DNA of 36,843 nucleotides from a virus (Duplodnaviria; Heunggongvirae; Uroviricota; Caudoviricetes): IMG/VR virus record IMGVR_UViG_2529292736_000005; one strand, 5' to 3'. Shown piece by piece: positions 26,987 to 36,843 of this stretch (position 1 is its first letter; each line of letters starts with the position of its first letter). The notes under the pieces were generated by a model. It saw only the letters and a program-made list of their open reading frames with translations, ran no database searches and was not told where the DNA came from. The position numbers and the translations under genes were made by a program.

Positions 26987-28481
26987 TCTTTCACACATTA
27001 TTGCAGCAGCATTCAATGAACCGCTGCTTCTGGAGCCCGCCTATGCGCGGGTTTTCTTTTGCGCGCTGGGGCGCGAGATGGGGGCAGCAAGTCTTTCGGT
27101 ACCGCAACAGCAGGTACAGCTTGATGCGCCCGGGATGCTGGCTGAAACGGACGAGTACATGGCCGGAGGTAAACGACCGGCCCGTGTTTACCGGGTGGTG
27201 AACGGTATTGCGGTACTGCCGGTGACCGGCACGCTGGTGCACCGGCTGGGGGGGATGCGGCCATTTTCCGGAATGACTGGCTATGACGGCATTGTCGCCT
27301 GTCTTCAGCAGGCAATGGCAGATAGCCAGGTGCGGGGCATACTGCTGGACATTGACAGTCCGGGCGGGCAGGCCGCCGGCGCGTTTGACTGCGCTGACAT
27401 GATTTACCGCCTCCGGCAGCAGAAGCCGGTCTGGGCACTGTGTAATGACACGGCCTGTTCTGCGGCCATGCTGCTGGCGTCGGCCTGCTCCCGACGGCTG
27501 GTTACCCAGACATCCCGTATCGGTTCCATTGGCGTGATGATGAGCCATGTCAGCTATGCCGGTCATCTGGCGCAGGCCGGTGTGGATATCACGCTGATTT
27601 ACTCAGGGGCGCACAAGGTGGATGGCAATCAGTTTGAAGCGTTGCCGGCAGAGGTTCGCCAGGACATGCAGCAGCGGATTGATGCGGCGCGCCGGATGTT
27701 TGCCGAAAAAGTGGCGATGTTTACCGGTCTGTCTGTTGATGCAGTCACGGGAACAGAGGCCGCTGTTTTTGAAGGTCAGTCCGGCATTGAGGCCGGGCTG
27801 GCGGATGAATTAATCAATGCGTCGGATGCCATCAGTGTGATGGCCACGGCGCTGAACAGTAATGTCAGAGGAGGCACTATGCCGCAATTAACTGCAACGG
27901 AAGCCGCCGTGCAGGAGAACCAGCGAGTGATGGGGATCCTGACATGCCAGGAAGCGAAAGGACGTGAACAGCTTGCCACGATGCTGGCAGGGCAACAGGG
28001 CATGAGCGTTGAACAGGCCCGGGCGATTCTGGCCGCGGCGGCACCGCAGCAGCCGGTGGCATCCGCGCAGAGTGAAGCCGATCGCATTATGGCGTGTGAA
28101 GAAGCGAACGGTCGTGAACAACTGGCGGCAACGCTGGCGGCGATGCCGGAGATGACGGTGGAAAAAGCCCGCCCGATCCTGGCGGCTGCACCACTGGCGG
28201 ATGCCGGGCCCTCGCTTCGTGATCAGATCATGGCCCTGGATGAGGCAAAAGGGGCAGAAGCGCAGGCTGAAAAACTGGCGGCCTGCCCGGGAATGACCGT
28301 GGAGAACGCCCGGGCTGTGCTGGCTGCGGGATCAGGTAAGGCCGAACCGGTCTCTGCATCCACAACCGCCCTGTTTGAACATTTCATGGCGAATCATTCA
28401 CCGGCAGCGGTGCGGGGTGGCGTGTCACAGACGTCAGCAGACGGTGATGCGGACGTGAAAATGCTCATGGCCATGCCATGA
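26976..28481 (+). CDS. C: head protease/scaffold gpC (S49-type) with nested Nu3-like C-terminus
   Basis: AFNEPLLLEPAYARVFFCAL and protease core match lambda C; GTG start. Confidence 0.85.
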   Translation: MRRNLSHIIAAAFNEPLLLEPAYARVFFCALGREMGAASLSVPQQQVQLDAPGMLAETDEYMAGGKRPARVYRVVNGIAVLPVTGTLVHRLGGMRPFSGMTGYDGIVACLQQAMADSQVRGILLDIDSPGGQAAGAFDCADMIYRLRQQKPVWALCNDTACSAAMLLASACSRRLVTQTSRIGSIGVMMSHVSYAGHLAQAGVDITLIYSGAHKVDGNQFEALPAEVRQDMQQRIDAARRMFAEKVAMFTGLSVDAVTGTEAAVFEGQSGIEAGLADELINASDAISVMATALNSNVRGGTMPQLTATEAAVQENQRVMGILTCQEAKGREQLATMLAGQQGMSVEQARAILAAAAPQQPVASAQSEADRIMACEEANGREQLAATLAAMPEMTVEKARPILAAAPLADAGPSLRDQIMALDEAKGAEAQAEKLAACPGMTVENARAVLAAGSGKAEPVSASTTALFEHFMANHSPAAVRGGVSQTSADGDADVKMLMAMP

Positions 28482-28517
28482 AGTCAGTGCTGACCATCAA
28501 TATGAGGTTTTAACAAA

Positions 28518-28865
28518 ATGGTGACGAAAACCATCACTGAACAGCGTGCGGAAGTACGTATTTTTGCCGGTAATGATCCGGCTCATACCGCCACAGGCAG
28601 CAGCGGGATTTCTTCTGCAACACCGGCTCTGACGCCCCTGATGCTGGATGAAGCCACCGGGAAACTGGTGGTCTGGGATGGACAGAAAGCCGGTAGTGCG
28701 GTTGGCATACTGGTACTGCCGCTTGAAGGCACAGAGACGGTGCTGACCTATTACAAGTCGGGGACCTTTGCGACGGAGGCAATCCGCTGGCCTGACAGTG
28801 TGGATGAACACAAAAAGGCAAATGCCTTTGCCGGCACAGCCCTGAGTCACGCGGCTCTGCCGTAA
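28518..28865 (+). CDS. D: head decoration protein gpD
   Basis: NDPAHTAT...TPLMLDEATGKLVVWDG matches lambda D. Confidence 0.85.
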   Translation: MVTKTITEQRAEVRIFAGNDPAHTATGSSGISSATPALTPLMLDEATGKLVVWDGQKAGSAVGILVLPLEGTETVLTYYKSGTFATEAIRWPDSVDEHKKANAFAGTALSHAALP

Positions 28866-28922
28866 CACGTTATCAGGCCACCATGGTGACCTGACTGATT
28901 TCTGAATGAAAGGAACTGATTT

Positions 28923-29951
28923 ATGGGATTGTTTACGACCCGCCAGTTACTCGGTTATACCGAACAAAAAGTGAAATTCCGTGCGCTGTTTCTGGAGCTG
29001 TTTTTCCGCCGTACGGTGAATTTCCACACCGAAGAGGTGATGCTGGACAAAATTACCGGAAAAACGCCGGTGGCGGCCTATGTCTCCCCGATCGTTGAAG
29101 GAAAAGTGCTTCGCCATCGCGGTGGTGAAACCCGCGTGTTACGTCCGGGCTACGTCAAGCCGAAACACGAATTTAATTACCAGCAGGCGGTTGAGCGCCT
29201 TCCTGGTGAAGATCCGGCTCAGCTGAACGACCCGGCCTACCGTCGTCTGCGTATCATTACCGATAACCTCAAACAGGAAGAGCACGCCATTGTCCAGGTG
29301 GAAGAAATGCAGGCGGTGAATGCCGTGCTGTATGGCAAATACACCATGGAAGGGGATCAGTTTGATACTGTCGAGGTGGATTTCGGGCGCTCTGAAGGAA
29401 ATAACATTGAGCAGGCTGACGGTAAAAAATGGTCTGAGCAGGACCGTGATACGTTTGATCCGACGCATGATATTGACCTCTACTGCGATCAGGCCAGCGG
29501 CCTTGTGAATATCGCCATTATGGACGGTACGGTCTGGCGTCTGCTGAATGGCTTTAAGCTGTTCCGCGAAAAACTGGATACCCGTCGCGGCTCAAATTCA
29601 CAACTCGAAACGGCAGTGAAAGATCTGGGCGCAGTGGTGTCCTTCAAGGGGTATTACGGCGATCTGGCCATTGTGGTGGCGAAAACGTCTTATGTGGCAG
29701 AGGACGGTACCGAAAAACGTTATCTGCCGGAGGGCATGCTGGTCCTGGGGAATACGGCGGCAGAGGGGATTCGTTGCTATGGTGCCATTAAGGATGCACA
29801 GGCGTTGTCTGAAGGAGTGGTGGCTTCTTCCCGTTACCCGAAACACTGGCTGACCGTGGGCGATCCGTCCTGTGAATTCACCATGACGCAGTCCGCTCCG
29901 CTGATGGTGCTGCCGGATCCGGATGAGTTTGTGGTGGTACAGGTGAAATAA
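28923..29951 (+). CDS. E: major capsid protein gpE
   Basis: Lambda E-like throughout (PGYVKPKHE, RGSNSQLETAVKDLG). Confidence 0.9.
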   Translation: MGLFTTRQLLGYTEQKVKFRALFLELFFRRTVNFHTEEVMLDKITGKTPVAAYVSPIVEGKVLRHRGGETRVLRPGYVKPKHEFNYQQAVERLPGEDPAQLNDPAYRRLRIITDNLKQEEHAIVQVEEMQAVNAVLYGKYTMEGDQFDTVEVDFGRSEGNNIEQADGKKWSEQDRDTFDPTHDIDLYCDQASGLVNIAIMDGTVWRLLNGFKLFREKLDTRRGSNSQLETAVKDLGAVVSFKGYYGDLAIVVAKTSYVAEDGTEKRYLPEGMLVLGNTAAEGIRCYGAIKDAQALSEGVVASSRYPKHWLTVGDPSCEFTMTQSAPLMVLPDPDEFVVVQVK

Positions 29952-30002
29952 TCCGTGAGCGGGGGCGAAATGCCCCCGTGTCTTTTTTCACAGGAGGCTG
30001 AG

Positions 30003-30386
30003 ATGGCAACAAAAGAAGAAAATCTGAATCGTCTTCGTCAACTGGCTGACCTGCTGGGGCGCGAGGCGGATATGTCGGGGAGTGCTGCGGATATTGCTCA
30101 ACGTGTGTCTGAGTGGGAAGAGGAGCTTGCTGTTTCCCCGGAGGGCATTATGCACTCTGATGAGAGCGGGGCTGATCAAAATCACACAGACGATGGTGAG
30201 CAGTTGAACAACACGGATGCTCCGGATGATGTTAAAGCCGTCCGGGTACGGAAGTGCCTGCAAGTAATGGGGTATTGCCCGGAGACAGGTCGTCCCGTTG
30301 AGCTGGCGTTACGGGGTATGCGTGTTCTGGTGCCATCATCACTGGCAACGGCCATGATACAGCACGGAACGGCTGAATATGCGTGA
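30003..30386 (+). CDS. FI: DNA-packaging protein FI
   Basis: Position and acidic composition; ATG 30003 has an AGGAGG RBS. Confidence 0.65.
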   Translation: MATKEENLNRLRQLADLLGREADMSGSAADIAQRVSEWEEELAVSPEGIMHSDESGADQNHTDDGEQLNNTDAPDDVKAVRVRKCLQVMGYCPETGRPVELALRGMRVLVPSSLATAMIQHGTAEYA

Positions 30387-30732
30387 TTTTCAGAATGCCT
30401 TTGATGCTGCCCTCGCCGGGGTAGACAGTACGATCGTTGAAGTGATGGGGCTCTGTGCGCAGTTCACCTCGGGGGCACAGTGTGGCAGCGAAGTTCAGGG
30501 GGTTTTTGATGATCCGGAGTCGCTGGGGTTTGCCGGTGGCGGGGTCCGTATTGAAGGAAGCAGCCCGTCATTATTTGTGCGGACGGATACGGTTCGTGCC
30601 GTGCGGCGTGGTGACACGCTGACCATTAATGGTGAGATATTCTGGGTGGATCGTGTTTCTCCGGATGACGGGGGCAGCTGTTATCTCTGGCTCAACCGTG
30701 GTCAACCACCCGCAGTTAACCGGCGACGATAA
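30379..30732 (+). CDS. FII: head completion protein FII
   Basis: VRIEGSSPSLFVRTD...VDRVSPDDGGSCYLWL matches lambda FII. Confidence 0.85.
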   Translation: MRDFQNAFDAALAGVDSTIVEVMGLCAQFTSGAQCGSEVQGVFDDPESLGFAGGGVRIEGSSPSLFVRTDTVRAVRRGDTLTINGEIFWVDRVSPDDGGSCYLWLNRGQPPAVNRRR

Positions 30733-30747
30733 ACGCAGGGTGAAATT

Positions 30748-31281
30748 ATGGCGATAAAAGGGCTTGATCAGGCGATTGACAATCTGAGCCGGGTTCGTAA
30801 AAACGCCATTCCGGCGGCTTCAGCAATGGCCATTAACCGCGTGGCCACAACGGCGATTAATCAGTCTTCATCACAGGTTGCCCGGGAGACAAAGGTTCGC
30901 CGGAAACTGGTTAAGGAACGGTCCAGACTGAAACGGGCGACGGTCAGAAATCCGAATGCCAGAATTATCGTTAACCGCGGTGATCTCCCTGTGATTAAGC
31001 TGGGGATCAGGATGCTGGGGCGTCGCCCGAACAGCATACTTAAAGCCGGTCAGCATCGGTATCAGCGGGCATTTATTCAGCGATTAAAAAATGGTCGCTG
31101 GCATGTCATGCAGCGTGTGGCCGGGAAAAACCGTTACCCCATTGATGTGGTGAAAATCCCGATGGCGGCCCCACTGAAACAGGCATTTGATGAGAATGTT
31201 GACCGTATCCGGCGTGAACGCCTGCCTAAAGAACTGGCATACGCGCTGAAACAACAACTGAGGATTGCAATAAAACGATGA
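30748..31281 (+). CDS. Z: tail completion protein gpZ
   Basis: MAIKGL...NGRWHVMQRVAGKNRYPIDVVKIPMA matches lambda Z. Confidence 0.85.
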   Translation: MAIKGLDQAIDNLSRVRKNAIPAASAMAINRVATTAINQSSSQVARETKVRRKLVKERSRLKRATVRNPNARIIVNRGDLPVIKLGIRMLGRRPNSILKAGQHRYQRAFIQRLKNGRWHVMQRVAGKNRYPIDVVKIPMAAPLKQAFDENVDRIRRERLPKELAYALKQQLRIAIKR

Positions 31282-31673
31282 AACACACTGACATTCGTGC
31301 CGCAGTGCTGGATGCACTCGAGCAGCATGAACACGGGGCGACGCTGTTTGATGGTCGCCCCGTTGTTTTTGACGAAGAGGATTTTCCTGCGATCGCGGTT
31401 TATCTGACGGATGCAGAGTATACCGGTGAAGAGCTGGATGCAGATACCTGGCGGGCCACGCTGCATATTGAGGTGTTTTTACCGGCACAGGTACCGGATT
31501 CAGAGCTTGATCAGTGGATGGAAAGCCGGATTTACCCGGCGATGACCGCGATCCCGGCACTGGCAGGACTGATTACCACGATGGTTACGCAGGGCTATGA
31601 GTATCGTCGTGATGACGATATGGCGTTATGGAGTTCTGCAGATCTGACTTATTCCATTACATACGAGATGTGA
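31278..31673 (+). CDS. U: tail terminator gpU
   Basis: [17 protein letters not shown]... matches lambda U. Confidence 0.85.
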   Translation: MKHTDIRAAVLDALEQHEHGATLFDGRPVVFDEEDFPAIAVYLTDAEYTGEELDADTWRATLHIEVFLPAQVPDSELDQWMESRIYPAMTAIPALAGLITTMVTQGYEYRRDDDMALWSSADLTYSITYEM

Positions 31674-31680
31674 GGACGAT

Positions 31681-32433
31681 ATGGCAACACCAAATCCCCT
31701 TGAGCCGGTAAAAGGTGCCGGTACCACTCTGTGGGTTTACAACGGCAAGGGTGATGCTTATGCAAACCCGTTGTCAGACGATGACTGGCAGCGACTGGCT
31801 AAGGTGAAGGATCTGACGCCGGGCGAGATGACGGCAGAATCCTACGATGATAACTACCTGGATGATGAAGACGCGGACTGGACCGCGACCGGGCAGGGGC
31901 AGAAATCTGCAGGTGATACCAGTTTTACGCTGGCCTGGAAACCGGGAGAGGAAGGCCAGAAAGGGCTTATAGGCTGGTTTGAAAGCGGCGATGTCCGGGC
32001 CTATAAAATCCGTTTTCCGAATGGCACGGTGGATGTGTTTCGTGGCTGGGTCAGCAGTATCGGTAAGGCCGTGACGGCGAAAGAAGTGATCACCCGCACG
32101 GTGAAAGTCACTAACGTGGGTAAACCTTCTGTAGCGGAAGAACGCAGCAAAATTACGCCGGTCAGTGCGATTAAGGTGACGCCGACATCCGGTACGGTGG
32201 CAAAAGGGAAAACAACCACCCTGACGGTTTCTTTTGAGCCGGAAAGTGCAACCGACAAGACGTTCAGAGCGGTTTCCGCCGATCCGTCGAAAGCCACCAT
32301 TAGTGTGAAAGATATGACAATTACGGTAAACGGCGTGGCGACAGGTAAGGTGCAGATCCCTGTGGTGAGCGGAAATGGTCAGTTCGCCGCAGTGGCTGAA
32401 GTCACCGTTACTGAAGCGGGCGCTGCAGGGTAA
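31681..32433 (+). CDS. V: major tail protein gpV (with C-terminal Ig-like domain)
   Basis: [11 protein letters not shown]...[18 protein letters not shown] matches lambda V. Confidence 0.9.
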   Translation: MATPNPLEPVKGAGTTLWVYNGKGDAYANPLSDDDWQRLAKVKDLTPGEMTAESYDDNYLDDEDADWTATGQGQKSAGDTSFTLAWKPGEEGQKGLIGWFESGDVRAYKIRFPNGTVDVFRGWVSSIGKAVTAKEVITRTVKVTNVGKPSVAEERSKITPVSAIKVTPTSGTVAKGKTTTLTVSFEPESATDKTFRAVSADPSKATISVKDMTITVNGVATGKVQIPVVSGNGQFAAVAEVTVTEAGAAG

Positions 32434-32446
32434 ACGGAGGTAATAC

Positions 32447-32875
32447 ATGTTTCTGAAAACAGAACAATTTGAATATAACGGTGTGTCTGTCACGCTTTCC
32501 GAATTGTCTGCGCTGCAGCGTATCGAGCATCTTGCCCTCCTGAAACGGCGTGCAGAACAGGCAGAATCCTGCGGCAACCTGCAGGTAAGCGTGGAAGATC
32601 TCGTCAGAACCGGCGCGTTTCTGGTGGCGATGTCCCTGTGGCATAACCATCCACAGAAAACGCAGTCACCGTCAATGAATGAGGCCGTGATGAAGATAGA
32701 GCAGGAAGTGCTCACCACCTGGCCTGCCGATGCCATTGCCCGGGCGGAAGACGTGGTGTTGTGCCTGTCCGGGATGATCGAAGCTGTTCGTCCGGATACT
32801 GATATTACTGAAGTGGCGAAAAATAACACGCTGACTGATGATTTTTCTGCGGGAAAGTCTTCGACGGCGAGCTGA
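32447..32875 (+). CDS. G: tail assembly chaperone gpG
   Basis: MFLKTEQFEYNGVSVTLSELSALQRIEHLAL matches lambda G. Confidence 0.85.
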   Translation: MFLKTEQFEYNGVSVTLSELSALQRIEHLALLKRRAEQAESCGNLQVSVEDLVRTGAFLVAMSLWHNHPQKTQSPSMNEAVMKIEQEVLTTWPADAIARAEDVVLCLSGMIEAVRPDTDITEVAKNNTLTDDFSAGKSSTAS

Positions 32876-33306
32876 ACTTTGCCCTCAGACTGGCGCGTGA
32901 GATGGGGAGACCCGACTGGCGCGCCATGCTTGCCGGGATGACATCCACCGAATATGCCGACTGGCACCGTTTTTACCGCACGCATTATTTTCAGGATACC
33001 CAGCTGGATATGCATTTTTCCGGGCTGACGTACGCTGTACTCAGCCTGTTTTTTTGCGATCCGGATATGCATCCCTCTGATTTCAGTCTGCTTGTCCCCC
33101 GGCATGAGGAAGAGCAGGTGGAGAGGCCGGATGAGGACAAAATGCTGATGCAGAAAGCGGCAGGACTTGCCGGAGGCGTCCGGTTCGGTGGGGACGGAGG
33201 GCGCGATATTTTATCGTCTGCGGATGTCATGGTGGATGATGCCGCATTAATGATGGCTTCAGCGGGGATTCCGGGAGGTGTGAGATATGTCCCAGCCGGT
33301 TGGTGA
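32447..33306 (+). CDS. GT: gpGT fusion produced by programmed -1 frameshift
   Basis: Slippery heptamer GGGAAAG at 32851-32857 near the end of G; the T ORF (to 33306) is in the -1 frame. Confidence 0.65.
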
Positions 33307-35860
33307 TCTTGTTATTGACCTGAGTCTGGATGCTGTCCGTTTCGATGAGCAGATGAGCCGGGTAAGGCGTCATTTTTCAGGTCTGGATACCGACGCCAGA
33401 AAAACCGCCAGTGCTGTTGAACAGGGCCTGAGCCGCCAGGCGCTGGCTGCACAAAAAGCCGGGATTTCCGTCGGGCAGTATAAAGCGGCCATGCGAACCC
33501 TGCCCGCACAGTTTACGGATATCGCCACGCAGCTTGCAGGTGGTCAGAATCCCTGGCTGATCCTGCTGCAACAGGGCGGTCAGGTGAAGGACTCCTTCGG
33601 CGGGATGATCCCCATGTTCAGGGGGCTTGCCGGTGCGATCACCCTGCCGATGGTCGGGGTCACCTCGCTGGCGGTGGCGACAGGTGCGCTGGTGTACGCC
33701 TGGTACCAGGGAGATTCCACGCTTTCAGCGTTTAATAAAACCCTGGTTCTTTCCGGTAATCAGTCCGGACTGACTGCCGATCGTATGCTGACTCTCTCAA
33801 GAGCCGGGCAGGCAGCAGGGCTGACGTTTAACCAGGCGAGAGAGTCACTGGCAGCCCTGGTGAATGCCGGTGTGCGTGGTGGTGAACAGTTTGATGCCAT
33901 CAACCAGAGTGTCGCGCGTTTTGCGTCTGCATCCGGTGTGGAGGTGGATAAAGTCGCTGAAGCCTTCGGGAAGCTGACCACTGACCCGACGTCGGGACTG
34001 ATGGCGATGGCGCGCCAGTTCCGTAACGTGACGGCAGAGCAGATTGCGTATGTTGCACAGCTGCAGCGTTCCGGAGACGAGGCCGGGGCATTGCAGGCGG
34101 CGAACGATATCGCCACGAAAGGCTTTGATGAGCAGACCCGTCGCCTGAAAGAAAACATGGGAACACTGGAGACCTGGGCGGATAAAACAGGGAAGGCATT
34201 CAAATCGATGTGGGATGCCATTCTGGATATCGGTCGTCCTGAATCCTCAGCGGATATGCTCGCCAGTGCGCAGAAGGCATTTGATGAGGCGGATAAAAAA
34301 TGGCAGTGGTACCAGAGTCGGAGCCAGCGCCGGGGAAAGACCTCCTCTTTTCGTGCGAACCTTCAGGGGGCATGGGATGACCGGGAAAATGCCCGTCTGG
34401 GTCTGGCAGCGGCCACGCTGCAGTCGGATATGGAAAAAGCCGGTGAACTGGCGGCAAGGGACCGGGCTGAGCGTGAGGCGTCACAGCTGAAGTATACCGG
34501 AGAGGCGCAGAAGGCGTATGAGCGCCTGCAGACGCCGCTGGATAAATATACCGCCCGTCAGAAAGAGCTGAATAAGGCCCTGAAAGACGGAAAAATCCTG
34601 CAGGCGGATTACAACACGCTGATGGCGTCGGCAAAAAAGGATTATGAATCGACGCTGAAAAAGCCGTCAGGTGTGAAGGTGTCTGCCGGTGAGCGCCAGG
34701 AAGACCGGGCGCATGCAGCCATGCTGGCGCTTGAAACCGAGCTCAGGACGCTGGAAAAACACAGCGGTGTGAATGAGAAAATCAGCCAGCAGCGCCGGGA
34801 TTTATGGGAAGCGGAAAATCAGTATGTGGTCCTGAAAGAGGCCGCCACGAAACGGCAGTTATCTGAGCAGGAAAAATCCCTGCTGGCTCATGAGAAAGAG
34901 ACGCTGGAGTACAAACGCCAGCTGGCTGAGCTGGGAGACAAGATTGAACACCAGAAGCGGCTGAATGAGCTGGCACAGCAGGCGGCGCGGTTTGAACAGC
35001 AGCAGAGCGCGAAGCAGGCGGCAATCAGCGCAAAAGCCCGCGGCCTCACTGACCGTCAGGCGCAGCGGGAGTCGGAAGAGCAGCGCCTTCGTGAGGTGTA
35101 CGGTGATAATCCGGCTGCGCTGGCGAAGGCCACATCTGCACTGAAGAACACCTGGTCTGCGGAGGAGCAGCTTCGTGGAAGCTGGATGGCCGGGATGAAG
35201 TCCGGCTGGGGCGAGTGGGCGGAAAGTGCGACGGACAGTTTTTCGCAGGTTAAAAACGCGGCCACGCAGACCTTTGACGGTATTGCACAGAATATGGCGG
35301 CGATGCTGACCGGCAGCGAACAGAACTGGCGTGGTTTCACCCGTTCTGTGCTGTCCATGCTGACAGAGATTTTTCTGAAGCAGGCGATGGTGGGGATAGT
35401 CGGGAGTATCGGCAGCGCCATTGGCGGTGCTTTCGGTGGTGGTGCGTCTGCCTCCACGGGGACGGCCATTCAGGCTGCGGCGGCGAACTTCCATTTCGCG
35501 ACCGGGAGATTTACGGGGACGGGGGGGAAATATGAACCTGCGGGGATTGTTCATCGCGGGGAGTTTGTCTTCACGAAGGAGGCGACCAGCCGGATTGGCG
35601 TGGGAAATCTTTACCGGCTGATGCGCGGCTATGCCACCGGCGGTTATGTCGGTGGCACCGGAAGTCCGGCGCAAATGCGGCGTTCAGAGGGTATCAGATT
35701 TGAGCAGAACAACAACGTGGTGATTCAGAACGACGGTACGAATGGTCTGCCAGGTCCACAGATGCTGAAGGCAGTGTATGACATGGCCCGCAAGGGTGCC
35801 CGTGATGAAATTCAGGCACAGATGCGCGATGGTGGTCTGTTCTCCGGAGGTGGACGATGA
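33287..35860 (+). CDS. H: tape measure protein gpH
   Basis: Lambda H-like along its length. Confidence 0.9.
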   Translation: MSQPVGDLVIDLSLDAVRFDEQMSRVRRHFSGLDTDARKTASAVEQGLSRQALAAQKAGISVGQYKAAMRTLPAQFTDIATQLAGGQNPWLILLQQGGQVKDSFGGMIPMFRGLAGAITLPMVGVTSLAVATGALVYAWYQGDSTLSAFNKTLVLSGNQSGLTADRMLTLSRAGQAAGLTFNQARESLAALVNAGVRGGEQFDAINQSVARFASASGVEVDKVAEAFGKLTTDPTSGLMAMARQFRNVTAEQIAYVAQLQRSGDEAGALQAANDIATKGFDEQTRRLKENMGTLETWADKTGKAFKSMWDAILDIGRPESSADMLASAQKAFDEADKKWQWYQSRSQRRGKTSSFRANLQGAWDDRENARLGLAAATLQSDMEKAGELAARDRAEREASQLKYTGEAQKAYERLQTPLDKYTARQKELNKALKDGKILQADYNTLMASAKKDYESTLKKPSGVKVSAGERQEDRAHAAMLALETELRTLEKHSGVNEKISQQRRDLWEAENQYVVLKEAATKRQLSEQEKSLLAHEKETLEYKRQLAELGDKIEHQKRLNELAQQAARFEQQQSAKQAAISAKARGLTDRQAQRESEEQRLREVYGDNPAALAKATSALKNTWSAEEQLRGSWMAGMKSGWGEWAESATDSFSQVKNAATQTFDGIAQNMAAMLTGSEQNWRGFTRSVLSMLTEIFLKQAMVGIVGSIGSAIGGAFGGGASASTGTAIQAAAANFHFATGRFTGTGGKYEPAGIVHRGEFVFTKEATSRIGVGNLYRLMRGYATGGYVGGTGSPAQMRRSEGIRFEQNNNVVIQNDGTNGLPGPQMLKAVYDMARKGARDEIQAQMRDGGLFSGGGR

Positions 35861-36186
35861 AGACCTTCCACTGGAAAGTGAAACCCGGTATGGATGTGGC
35901 TTCAGCCCCTTCCGTCAGGAAAGTGCGCTTTGGTGATGGCTATTCCCAGCGAGCGCCTGCCGGGCTGAATGCCGACCTGAAAACGTACAGCGTGACGCTT
36001 TCTGTTCCCCGTTGGGAGGCCACGGCGCTTGAGTCGTTTCTGGCTGAGCACGGGGGCTGGAAATCCTTTCTGTGGACGCCGCCTTATGAGTGGCGGCAGA
36101 TAAAGGTGACCTGCGCAAAATGGTCGTCGCGGGTCAGTATGCTGCGTGTTGAGTTCAGCGCAGAGTTTGAACAGGTGGTGAACTGA
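35857..36186 (+). CDS. M: minor tail protein gpM
   Basis: Near-identical to lambda M. Confidence 0.9.
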   Translation: MKTFHWKVKPGMDVASAPSVRKVRFGDGYSQRAPAGLNADLKTYSVTLSVPRWEATALESFLAEHGGWKSFLWTPPYEWRQIKVTCAKWSSRVSMLRVEFSAEFEQVVN

Positions 36187-36843
36187 TGCAGGATATCCGG
36201 CAGGAAACACTGAATGAATGCACCCGTGCGGAGCAGTCGGCCAGCGTGGTGCTCTGGGAAATCGATCTGACAGAGGTCGGTGGAGAACGTTATTTTTTCT
36301 GTAATGAGCAGAACGAAAAAGGTGAGCCGGTCACCTGGCAGGGGCGACAGTATCAGCCGTATCCCATTCAGGGGAGTGGTTTTGAACTGAATGGCAAAGG
36401 CACCAGTACGCGCCCCACGCTGACGGTTTCTAACCTGTACGGTATGGTCACCGGTATGGTGGAAGATATGCAGAGTCTGGTCGGCGGAACGGTGGTCCGG
36501 CGTAAGGTTTACGCCCGTTTTCTGGATGCGGTGAACTTCGTCAACGGAAACAGTGACGCCGATCCGGAGCAGGAGGTGATCAGCCGCTGGCGCATCGAGC
36601 AGTGCAGCGAACTGAGCGCGGTGAGTGCCTCCTTTGTACTGTCCACGCCGACGGAAACGGATGGCGCTGTTTTTCCGGGACGTATCATGCTGGCCAACAC
36701 CTGCACCTGGACCTATCGCGGTGATGAGTGCGGTTATCACGGTCCGGCAGTCGCGGATGAATATGACCAGCCGACGTCCGATATCACGAAGGATAAATGC
36801 AGCAAATGCCTGAGCGGCTGTAAGTTTCGCAATAACGTCGGCA
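36186..36843 (+). CDS. L: minor tail protein gpL, 3'-truncated by window end
   Basis: Own translation from ATG 36186 (MQDIRQETLNECTRAEQSASVVLWEIDL...); open to the window end, so absent from the ORF track. Confidence 0.85.
   Translation, partial: MQDIRQETLNECTRAEQSASVVLWEIDLTEVGGERYFFCNEQNEKGEPVTWQGRQYQPYPIQGSGFELNGKGTSTRPTLTVSNLYGMVTGMVEDMQSLVGGTVVRRKVYARFLDAVNFVNGNSDADPEQEVISRWRIEQCSELSAVSASFVLSTPTETDGAVFPGRIMLANTCTWTYRGDECGYHGPAVADEYDQPTSDITKDKCSKCLSGCKFRNNVG

Noticed and set aside
31774-33105. 443-aa minus-strand ORF, and similar long antisense ORFs (34859-35674, 36084-36740, 23603-24403, 26991-27566)
   Set aside because: Each lies entirely antisense to a strongly λ-homologous structural gene (V/G/T, H, M/L, A, C) in GC-rich DNA; they are frame artefacts
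1-36843. CRISPR arrays or integrase/attachment sites
   Set aside because: No regularly spaced direct repeats with unique spacers were seen, and no tyrosine or serine integrase gene is in the window, so att sites cannot be assigned

Overview
The window is a lambdoid prophage of the E. coli O157:H7 type, closely resembling cryptic prophage CP-933P (λ-like morphogenesis genes, QuuQ-type Q, 933W-type lysis genes). All calls rest on reading the supplied ORF translations and the DNA by eye; no database search was run. Left to right: a partial IS21-family element (istA, minus strand) abuts the immunity region; a leftward operon carries small ORFs and paaR2-paaA2-parE2; a rightward operon carries ydaS-like (Cro-like), ydaT-like (CII-like), an O-like replication initiator with internal iterons, two hypothetical proteins, a small methyltransferase-like protein and Ead/Ea22-like paralogs. 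A composite IS66-family element (tnpA/tnpB/tnpC plus a nested, diverged extra right end) interrupts a small acidic ORF with an 8-bp target duplication. Then follow a hok-type toxin, Cys/His-rich nin-region proteins, RusA, Q, a late promoter/terminator, a winged-helix ORF, a beta-class DNA methyltransferase, two tRNAs, an AT-rich cargo region at the position stx occupies in Stx phages (no stx genes seen), nanS-p esterase, S-R-Rz/Rz1 with an extra gene between S and R, cos, and λ-like Nu1-A-W-B-C-D-E-FI-FII-Z-U-V-G/GT-H-M-L (L runs off the window). No single undescribed system can be proven from sequence alone; the best candidates for uncharacterised function are the cargo at the stx-equivalent locus, the gene between holin and endolysin, and the late methyltransferase module.
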